Below are positions 9,055-16,419 of a stretch of DNA of 64,000 nucleotides, piece by piece (the stretch's first letter is position 1; every line of letters begins with the position of its first letter). The translations under genes were made by a program, and so were the position numbers. Source of the stretch: Bdellovibrio sp. ZAP7 (GTDB lineage Bacteria > Bdellovibrionota_B > Oligoflexia > Oligoflexales > RGVZ01); contig CAMDKS010000018.1 of assembly GCA_945900755.1 (NCBI GenBank), positions 1,201 through 65,200 of the forward strand, read 5' to 3'. The notes under the pieces are model-generated. The model was given only the letters and a program-made list of their open reading frames with translations, was not told the DNA's origin and made no database searches.

Positions 9055-10199
9055 GTGTTAGACGCGAGAAGCGGCAGGACCCTGCGACAGGCAAAGTTGC
9101 AGAATTTTGGCGAGTAGACATTGATATTGAATTACCAAATGGCAAGAGACGGCGGGTTCGCAAAGTTTCTCCGATTCAGACCCGCAGGGGTGCTGAAGAA
9201 TACGAACGAGAATTGCGTCGGTCTCTTGTCTCTGGTGATTTCAAGAAAAAGGAGGTGGTGATACCCAATTTTGAAAGTTTTGCGAATGAATTTATAAACA
9301 GTCACGCTCTTGCCCACAACAAGCCAAGTGAGATCAAAGGAAAGCAACTTATGCTCCGCAACCATCTACTCCCAGAGTTTGGAAAACTTAAACTCACGGA
9401 AATTGACGGGCTAAAGATTGCCAAGTTTAAAGCCTCGCAAAGGGAGAAGTGCCTGAACAACAAAACGATCAACAATCATTTAATTCTTCTACGGACGATT
9501 TTAGGCAAAGCTGTCGAATGGTCGCACCTGGAAAAAATCCCGAGGGTAGAAAAGTTACCAACGGCGATTCCAAAAATTGATTTTTTGTCGTTTGACGAGG
9601 CCTCGCGCTTAGAACACGCCGCGACCCAAGAGACCCTTTGGAAGTCTCTGGTGCCAGTGGCACTACACACCGGGTTAAGGCTGGGAGAGTTATTGGCGTT
9701 GAGGTGGGAAGATTGTGATTTCGTGGCAAGAAAGCTACGAGTGTCGAGATCGGATTGGCAGGGTTACGTTGGCACCCCAAAAAGTGGCAAGGAAAGAATC
9801 GTGGCAATGAACGAACGAGTGATGACCGCACTCAAAGCTGATCGACATTTGAGGGGGGAATTGGTTTGGCCCAAGTCTGACGGCTCGGCTGCAAACAAAG
9901 ACGACTTCAAGGCCATGATTGAGCGAGTTTGCCGACGAGCTGGGCTTCGGAAAATTGGCTGGCACACGTTAAGGCATACGTTTGCAAGTCATTTGGCAAT
10001 GCGCGGGGTTCCGCTCCGGGCAATCCAAGAGCTTCTGGGTCACGCCTCGATCACAACTTCAATGAGGTATGCTCACTTGTCGCCGGATTGTGGGGCCAGA
10101 GCCGTTGACGCTCTGATGGCTCCGACGCCTGAGTCGTTTGTAGAGTTACGGCCAAATGACGGCCAAATAAAAAAACCGAAGTTTGCGGCTTCGGTTTGA
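9051..10199 (+). CDS. Tyrosine integrase of island A
   Basis: GLRLGELLALRWEDCD (R), HTLRHTFASHL (HxxR), and LLGHASITTSMRYAHL (H, Y). It ends 35 nt before the att repeat at 10234. Confidence 0.9.
   Translation: MSVRREKRQDPATGKVAEFWRVDIDIELPNGKRRRVRKVSPIQTRRGAEEYERELRRSLVSGDFKKKEVVIPNFESFANEFINSHALAHNKPSEIKGKQLMLRNHLLPEFGKLKLTEIDGLKIAKFKASQREKCLNNKTINNHLILLRTILGKAVEWSHLEKIPRVEKLPTAIPKIDFLSFDEASRLEHAATQETLWKSLVPVALHTGLRLGELLALRWEDCDFVARKLRVSRSDWQGYVGTPKSGKERIVAMNERVMTALKADRHLRGELVWPKSDGSAANKDDFKAMIERVCRRAGLRKIGWHTLRHTFASHLAMRGVPLRAIQELLGHASITTSMRYAHLSPDCGARAVDALMAPTPESFVELRPNDGQIKKPKFAASV
10145..10165 (+). repeat. 21-bp direct repeat, right copy
   Basis: An exact copy of 918-938, located inside the 3' end of the integrase gene, 69 nt from the att repeat. 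Confidence 0.8.
10173..10197 (+). terminator. Hairpin at the integrase 3' end (weak terminator candidate)
   Basis: AAACCGAAG-TTTGCGG-CTTCGGTTT has a 9-bp stem and overlaps the stop codon. There is no long U tract after it. Confidence 0.35.
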
Positions 10200-10233
10200 A
10201 TTGATGGAACCTACTGATTCCTTTATATAAAAT

Positions 10234-10286
10234 TGGTAGCGGGGGTAGGACTTGAACCTACGGTCTTCGGGTTATGAGCCCGACGA
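10234..10286 (-). repeat. Middle att repeat: exact 53-nt copy of the tRNA-fMet 3' end
   Basis: Identical to 33669-33721. Degenerate similarity to the rest of the tRNA and its upstream flank continues to about 10325. Confidence 0.9.
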
Positions 10287-10675
10287 TGAGCCAATGCGCA
10301 CCCTTTGTAGCGTAAAGAGGCCATTTTGGGCAATAGAAATCGCTATTAACCTAGATATCGGCTGGAAAACTCAACTCAGCATTTAGACCGATAATATTTG
10401 AAGAAATGATGAGCCCCAGGCGACCTTGCAAACACTCGATGAATGCCTTACGATTGCCCTAAGGAACAGCCAGGAATCCCTTATAGCGACAGCAAACGCT
10501 GCCACGACCCTGTCCAACCCCAATATTGTCATCGCCGGCGACAATGCTCGGGGGGCGGCGTTTGGGGCGCCTGGTAGTGGCCTGGGGGGCGATGCTGGCG
10601 GATAGGCCGGGGGGAAAGAACAAGTGGCCTGACTTAGTTCGCCAAAATTTTGGGTAATTCTTGGAGTTAGATTTT

Positions 10676-11812
10676 ATGATCGCAGAGTCATCAATTAAGA
10701 ACATGAATCCAGCGCTTCGGCTCCGGAAAAGAATTTCCGTCTCGTTGTTGATTTTCGCCGCAATTGGCCTGATTGGGTGTTGGTTTTGGGGGATTCATGG
10801 TGGCGGTGCCGCGCAGCAGATCCTCGAGCATGCGTTCGAAGGGGCGCTGGTTGGGGGGCTTTGTGACTGGTTCGCCGTTAAAAAAACTTACAGCGCTATT
10901 AAAAGTAATCATAGTGCCGTTGCGGAAGGAATTGGAACCTATATCAAACAAGAGATACTCAACGCGGGAAACATTCGTGTAAAGCTAACGGCGATGCTTG
11001 ATAGTCCAGACGTGATGTCGGCCTTTCGGCAACGAACGATTAGTAAATTGGAGTCCAGGGATCAAATCGCCCAAGCACTTTCGGACCAGTGGCGCCCCCG
11101 AAGACTGGATGTATATTCCTGGCTGGCCTCGTTGGATTTGACCGACTCTGGTTATGATCAATTAAATGAGATTTTGTCTGACAAAATTGTGGTCGCGACC
11201 GCTAAAAATTGCCTCATAAAAGCAATCAAAGAAAGTGTCGAGTCTGACGCGTTTATGAAGTTGGAGGATCATCTTCGAGAACAACTATTGAATATAGTTG
11301 TAGATCTTGCGGCGAAAGCATTCTACACGAATCGCAAGAGATATTTCACGCACTTCGCGGGACAGATGGCGGACGGTACGATAGACCAGAAGACGGCCGA
11401 TTTACTTCTCAGCGCGTTTTCTCATTTTAAGAGTGAGTACCTAAAAACTTGGAACCATCTCACGATAAAAGACCGCCAGGTGGCGGTGGAACACCTTGTT
11501 GATCCGCTAGTGGGCCAACTAATAAAGGCCATCGCCACGGTTGTTTACGGCGAGACCGAGAAAATACAAGCGGCGTCCACTCTTCGCGCGTTCGCTCCCG
11601 CCCGCCTGGCAGTCGAGTGGATAGTTGATCATTTAGCCGACGATCAGATGGACGTCGTCGCGAAGGCTGTGGTCGATACCCTCAAAAAAATTGACTCTGG
11701 AGAATTCGCGAAAACGTTCGAGTCACACACTCGCCTATACCTGGAGCTGATCCGGATCAACGGCACGGGCCTGGGCTTCTTGCTGGGCGGGTTACTGGGG
11801 TTCCTTCTTTAG
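10676..11812 (+). CDS. DUF445-family membrane protein
   Basis: GGLCDWFAV near the N-terminus and C-terminal IRINGTGLGFLLGGLLGFLL match the DUF445 pattern as I remember it. The ATG at 10676 is preferred, with GGAG 9 nt upstream. Confidence 0.6.
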   Translation: MIAESSIKNMNPALRLRKRISVSLLIFAAIGLIGCWFWGIHGGGAAQQILEHAFEGALVGGLCDWFAVKKTYSAIKSNHSAVAEGIGTYIKQEILNAGNIRVKLTAMLDSPDVMSAFRQRTISKLESRDQIAQALSDQWRPRRLDVYSWLASLDLTDSGYDQLNEILSDKIVVATAKNCLIKAIKESVESDAFMKLEDHLREQLLNIVVDLAAKAFYTNRKRYFTHFAGQMADGTIDQKTADLLLSAFSHFKSEYLKTWNHLTIKDRQVAVEHLVDPLVGQLIKAIATVVYGETEKIQAASTLRAFAPARLAVEWIVDHLADDQMDVVAKAVVDTLKKIDSGEFAKTFESHTRLYLELIRINGTGLGFLLGGLLGFLL

Positions 11813-12125
11813 TTACATTTTCGTCCCATTTTCTTGGTTTGAACCCTTACGATTCGACCTCGTCTTTTGAATTTTGTGACAATGATCGGATCCTAGTTTC
11901 TCTGCCTCAATGAAATTTTGAGGCAGAGCCCTCATGCGCCTCTCTTTGGGATAGACGAATACCGTCGAGAGTGACAGCTTTCGAAGCGCCGCCAACATCA
12001 CTCGCCGGTTCAAGCTGATTGCAGTAGCAATTGGAGTTTTTTGAGATACTCAACCATAGAACGGCTCATACCAGAGCGGGATAAAATCGTAAATGAATTC
12101 CGCAGCATTGATTATTGCGGAGCTA

Positions 12126-12848
12126 CTACTGCAGCAAATCGCGTCTAAAGTCATCAAAGGAAGTCCAGCCGAGCAGCCTCAGAATCTCGTCGGACATACT
12201 GACCTTTTGTTCGGGCACAAAGTATTTCTCGATATCGGCCGTGTAGTGCCAGTGGAGCTGTTCCTGAATGTTCGCGATAAATATTATCTTATACTTGTTC
12301 AGCTCCTTGACAGCGTTTCCCGGCTCGTCCGAGTAATGATTTATCTGGTGTCGTCCATACCAAAGCAGGCACTTCACCGGAACGGACTTCATGTCATTGT
12401 CGAGATAGTCACGTTGGTACTTTGGTGGGAAGCCATAGACTGGCCGGCCACCCGCCGCAATATCTAATATCGCCTTGGCGCCGCTGATTTCGCGCAAGAT
12501 CTGGTAGGCAGTGTTCAGAATTGCATCCGTGTCCACAAGTAGGGCTCGCTTCTTTTCCTTAAAAGCTAGCTCTATCGACCCGTATTTCGATTCTAGGTCC
12601 TTTAGCTCCTGTTCAAGGCCTGCCTGCTTCGAGCCAAAATCATGCCAAGCTTCCTTCTTGCCGCTATAATGTTTGTCCTGACCATACGCATGCTCGTTGA
12701 ATCCAACGTCATATTCTTGATCCATGATTCGGTCACGAAGGTCCCAGTAAAGGGTTACTGTAGCTTTCATGTGCTCAAACTTGGCCACGATAGCTGGCTT
12801 AACAGCGAGAATTGCGCTCTCCGCATTACTCAACAGATCACCTCTCAT
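12126..12848 (-). CDS. Hypothetical 240-aa cytoplasmic protein, coupled to the pore-loop membrane protein
   Basis: ATGA overlap with the upstream gene at 12845-12848. There is a coiled-coil-like central part. One Rx4H string (RHQINH, 12336-12353) is present. No family recognised. Confidence 0.6.
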   Translation of the reverse strand: MRGDLLSNAESAILAVKPAIVAKFEHMKATVTLYWDLRDRIMDQEYDVGFNEHAYGQDKHYSGKKEAWHDFGSKQAGLEQELKDLESKYGSIELAFKEKKRALLVDTDAILNTAYQILREISGAKAILDIAAGGRPVYGFPPKYQRDYLDNDMKSVPVKCLLWYGRHQINHYSDEPGNAVKELNKYKIIFIANIQEQLHWHYTADIEKYFVPEQKVSMSDEILRLLGWTSFDDFRRDLLQ

Positions 12849-14044
12849 TTTGGGTCTCCCGTCTTTCCTAAACTCCCCAGCACTACAGACACGATAATGA
12901 TACTAACGACGATCTGTAACGTCATGGCCAACTTTGCTTGCAGGCTTCTCGCGACGGTCCTTCCATCTCCGAGGGTCGCAAATGAACAGAAGCTCAGGTA
13001 CAAGCCATTCACGAGCGCAGACGAATACATGGTCAAGTAGTCAGTCAGGAGCCGCAGGGATGGCTTTGTTATGCCGTCCGTCACCTGGGCGCCATCAGTC
13101 AAATCCCACTCCTCGTCATATTCACCAAGAGCCTTCTTCATTTCTGCTTGAAGGAATTTCTCAGCGTTCTGTAAGCGTGTCGAGCGTACCAACCACTTCT
13201 CCGTGGCATATCCGGGGATTCTTACGTTTGCCTTTTCCTCAACGAGCGAGGCCTCCGTGGGCTTCAGATTTCCGCCGTTAAGACGCTCGATTTCTGAAGC
13301 CAAGAATAGTCTGCGCGGAGCGTAGTACTCTGTATCGGGAACCCCGGCCAGGTCGATGGCATGCGCCTGCACCATCTTTCGCACGAATGCTTTGGTTTCA
13401 TCAGCAAGAAACTTGGCGTAAGCGTCCGGAGAGGTCTCTACAAAGCGCTCCCTTAGTTGTTTGGCAGCTTCGCTGGCATTGAACCCTATCGTGCGCCTTC
13501 GTTCTACTAATTCGCTAACTCGCTCAAGGGACTCGATCTCCTTTAGCGCGTCCACTTGTTTGACGCTTCGCTCCAATTTCGACGGGTGCTGCTCTGGATC
13601 AAAGTGCCCGCCCAGCGCCATTAGATAGGCGTAAACGATTCCGAAGCCAAAGCAGGTAAGCAGAATCCACCGAATTGCTGCCCCAATGATGCGCGACTCC
13701 TGCCGAAGAAACGTTAAAAATATTTTGGCCTGTGACAGCAAGCCAATAATCGTCAGGGCGATGAATAGATTGAATGTCTCAAACCCCATCATCCGACTGA
13801 ATCCGTATTCAAACTGATACCCAGAAATTAAGTCTGTGAAGGACATTCCAGTGTCGCTGGATGAAGTAATGTAGACCCAGGCCGTTCGCAGCAAGAACCA
13901 CTGAGTCCTGTCGAAGTAGAAATAGAATGCCGTCATGACTAAGAGTGCAAATCGAAACCTATATGCGATAGCAACCAGCCTTTTCAAGCCGGCTCTGAGT
14001 TTCGGAGCGGCCCATCTGCACAGATGGAAGATTCTCGATCCCAA
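12845..14044 (-). CDS. Multi-TM protein with a C-terminal NaK/K-channel-like pore loop (TLGDG)
   Basis: Hydrophobic helices lie at about aa 22-45, 88-110 and 118-146. A soluble region of about 200 aa follows. Then comes LYLSFCSFATLGDG (filter-like, nt 12962-12976), followed by the TM helix LAMTLQIVVSIIIVSVVLGSLG. Confidence 0.6.
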   Translation of the reverse strand: MGSRIFHLCRWAAPKLRAGLKRLVAIAYRFRFALLVMTAFYFYFDRTQWFLLRTAWVYITSSSDTGMSFTDLISGYQFEYGFSRMMGFETFNLFIALTIIGLLSQAKIFLTFLRQESRIIGAAIRWILLTCFGFGIVYAYLMALGGHFDPEQHPSKLERSVKQVDALKEIESLERVSELVERRRTIGFNASEAAKQLRERFVETSPDAYAKFLADETKAFVRKMVQAHAIDLAGVPDTEYYAPRRLFLASEIERLNGGNLKPTEASLVEEKANVRIPGYATEKWLVRSTRLQNAEKFLQAEMKKALGEYDEEWDLTDGAQVTDGITKPSLRLLTDYLTMYSSALVNGLYLSFCSFATLGDGRTVARSLQAKLAMTLQIVVSIIIVSVVLGSLGKTGDPK

Positions 14045-14161
14045 AGTCTTTCCTCTTTTCGACAGTGCTTCGCAGGACGGCCCTTGCAGACACGGTCCAT
14101 CAACCCTATTTCTCCCTGAGTCCCGCCGACAGCCCGGCTAAGAGGTTAGTCCAAGGACACG

Positions 14162-14458
14162 TTGGAGCGACGAGCCAAGGAATCCGACGAGCTTAGCATG
14201 GCGATTTCATCCGGTCGATCCAAAGCGGCTGCTGCGGTCTGTGAGACGGCCTTCAACATGGCAACTTCGGGCGCCCATCCGGCCATGACAATGTTTTGGT
14301 TAAAGACAAGGCAAGGCTGGAGAGAGATGGGTAATGAACCTGCACAGGGCGGGGCAGGTACAAAGACAATTTACTCTACAACGTTTACTTCCGACGGAAA
14401 TTTGATCCAGCAAATCATGCGTGAGGAGCTTGGATGTAGCTCCCCTGAGACTCAATGA
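14162..14458 (+). pseudogene. Remnant of a small-terminase-like HTH gene (N-terminal HTH missing)
   Basis: SGAHPAMTMFWLKTRQGWRE parallels KGDNQMLTLCLKHMCGWNEK in the island A protein at 3738-4094. There is an in-frame stop at 14147-14149, only a TTG start, and no HTH part. Confidence 0.45.
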
Positions 14459-14668
14459 ACCCGGAAAACTGCCTGATTGAGGCAGGACGGCCAGAGTCCT
14501 CTGAGACATTGCAAATTATGGACTCGCCTATAGTGTTGATTTCATATTGAAAATTGGCACAATCATCATATTTTCCTTATGCCTTCCAAAAATGTGCCGA
14601 TAGTTCGCGCAATGGCGTCGATGTGATCCAAAACCATTGACAGTTAATCGAGCGGGGAGGCGAACTCA

Positions 14669-15778
14669 ATGAATCAGGTCTTTTTGTCACTTGTCGGAGG
14701 GTGTCTGTTTTTTAACGGATGTGTAGGGACTCTTAATCATCGTAAATTAAGTGACGATGTGTACGTATTTGATGTGGCAGGCACCTCCAAGGAAAGAGCT
14801 GAGCGGCAGTTTAATATTGAAGGCCGTTACTATTGCCCGAAAGAATTTGATATTGAAAATATTGAAAGCAAGAACAATCTATACACGGCGACTATTCGCT
14901 GCTTCGATCAAATTGAAAACAAAGCGGCTGAGGATCTAATCACGGCTAAATTTAATGCAAGAGAAAAGGATCGCTTGGAAAGCGACTCTAATGCCGCCGA
15001 TCATTTCAACAGTATTAAAAAAGAATGTGCCCTCTGCGTCTCGACAAAAATTGTTAGTAGTAAATGCGAGGAAGTAGCGCAAGAGGTGCTTCGTGGCAGC
15101 TTTGACGATGAAAAATTAACAGACAACGCTTATTTGATTGTGGGTAAAATCTGTCTATCCGAGTCATCTAAAAACTATTTGAATCACTGTAAAACGGCCA
15201 GCATGCATTATCGCGACTCCGACGACCCAAAAGACAAACAACTGGCGATTAAATACTATCGAAAAGGCTGTGAGGCTAATGACGGAGAATCCTGTACAGG
15301 CGCATACCTGCTTTCCTCTTCAGTCGATAAAAAATTGGCCGCTAATATCTTCAAAAAAGTTGTTGAGATTGTTTCTAAAGAGTGTGCGAGTGACTACAAA
15401 GATTCTTGCGCCGATCTAGAAAAAATTTCAAACGAATGCGACCCTAGACTCACTCTTTGTAAGGATATTCGTCTGGAAGTAGCAAAAAATAATAGGAATA
15501 ACGACGAAAAGCGCCTCGCAGAAAAACAGCGCCAAGACGAAGTGCTACGAAATGAGGAGGATCGTGCTGAAGAGAAGTCTGCCCGCAACCGTCAAATTGA
15601 ACTGCAGCAGGAACAGTTGAATGCTCAAGAACGGGCTGCTAATGCCGCCGCTTGGCGGGACCTCGGCAACACACTACAAAAGAACCTGACACCACCTCCT
15701 ACACCGGCTCCGACGCAGTTTAATTGTTCGACCAATTCTATCGGTTCTTACAGTTCCACAAATTGTTATGGGCACTAA
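14669..15778 (+). CDS. Cys-rich Sel1-like-repeat lipoprotein with a C-terminal charged coiled coil
   Basis: MNQVFLSLVGGCLFFNGC has a signal peptide and lipobox. AIKYYRKGCEANDGESCTGAYLL is an Sel1/Hcp-like repeat. The tail is rich in E, R and Q. A GGAGG RBS is present. Confidence 0.65.
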   Translation: MNQVFLSLVGGCLFFNGCVGTLNHRKLSDDVYVFDVAGTSKERAERQFNIEGRYYCPKEFDIENIESKNNLYTATIRCFDQIENKAAEDLITAKFNAREKDRLESDSNAADHFNSIKKECALCVSTKIVSSKCEEVAQEVLRGSFDDEKLTDNAYLIVGKICLSESSKNYLNHCKTASMHYRDSDDPKDKQLAIKYYRKGCEANDGESCTGAYLLSSSVDKKLAANIFKKVVEIVSKECASDYKDSCADLEKISNECDPRLTLCKDIRLEVAKNNRNNDEKRLAEKQRQDEVLRNEEDRAEEKSARNRQIELQQEQLNAQERAANAAAWRDLGNTLQKNLTPPPTPAPTQFNCSTNSIGSYSSTNCYGH

Positions 15779-16419
15779 ATTTTGATGGTTATGTCGCGTC
15801 AGAGAATGGGACTCTAAATTTTGAAGCCAAAGCATCGGACTTCTGGCAGCTACCTACGTTAATACTGTAGCGTGTGAAGGCGTCAAGGTTGAGCTCTATG
15901 CCTGACATTGCGAGTTATCGGATACTTCGGAGGTATTGTTCAATTGCCAATGATACTAATTTCATATCAATAGTCCGATTGGGACAATTGATTTGGCCTG
16001 ACTATTCTAACTAATGGTTTCGTATAGCAACTTTCCGAGCAAAGCCTACAAAAAGCATCCCAAAGCAAATTAAACGAGGGTTTAGGTTCTGCCGCCGACT
16101 GTTACAATAATGAATCCAGATGCCGACGTAACATCCGAGCGACCATTTGCAGACGATGATTTAGACCGAACCGACTCAATCAGTAATAGAATACCTACTA
16201 CGCCGGATGAATTTCGCATACTTGAGACCTGCAATGACTTGGGCACTAATGATCTAATTCTCTTGCATTCTCCTTGCGCCCTTGCCTACGAATTAGTAGG
16301 ATTCAGAATATTTTGAAAAGCATGCGGAGCCGAGCCGCAAGGTTCGAGGATATTGGCCCGTTTTTACCTTCTTAAAGAATCGTAACGATTATTTTTTGAA
16401 CTGAAAGAGATCTTTATAA

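Larger units (their letters stand above)
794..10233. mobile_element. Integrative island A (satellite-like element) bounded by tRNA-fMet 3'-end repeats
   Basis: Flanked by direct repeats at 747-793 and 10234-10286. Carries an integrase, an excisionase-like HTH, Prim-Pol, a DUF3987-type protein, a TerS-like HTH protein and HicAB. Confidence 0.8.

Noticed and set aside
10545-10620. Four G4-G6 runs near the left end of island B as a G-quadruplex, and the 10459-10704 minus ORF
   Set aside because: The loops between G-runs reach about 20 nt, so a stable G4 is doubtful. The ORF has no RBS and overlaps the DUF445 gene start region.
15779-16419. A 640-bp non-coding leader before the defence operon, including a 68-aa acidic ORF (16110-16316)
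   Set aside because: The ORF has no RBS and no recognisable motif. Apart from the 13-bp palindrome at 16378-16390 (noted under the operon finding), I saw no convincing RNA or repeat structure.
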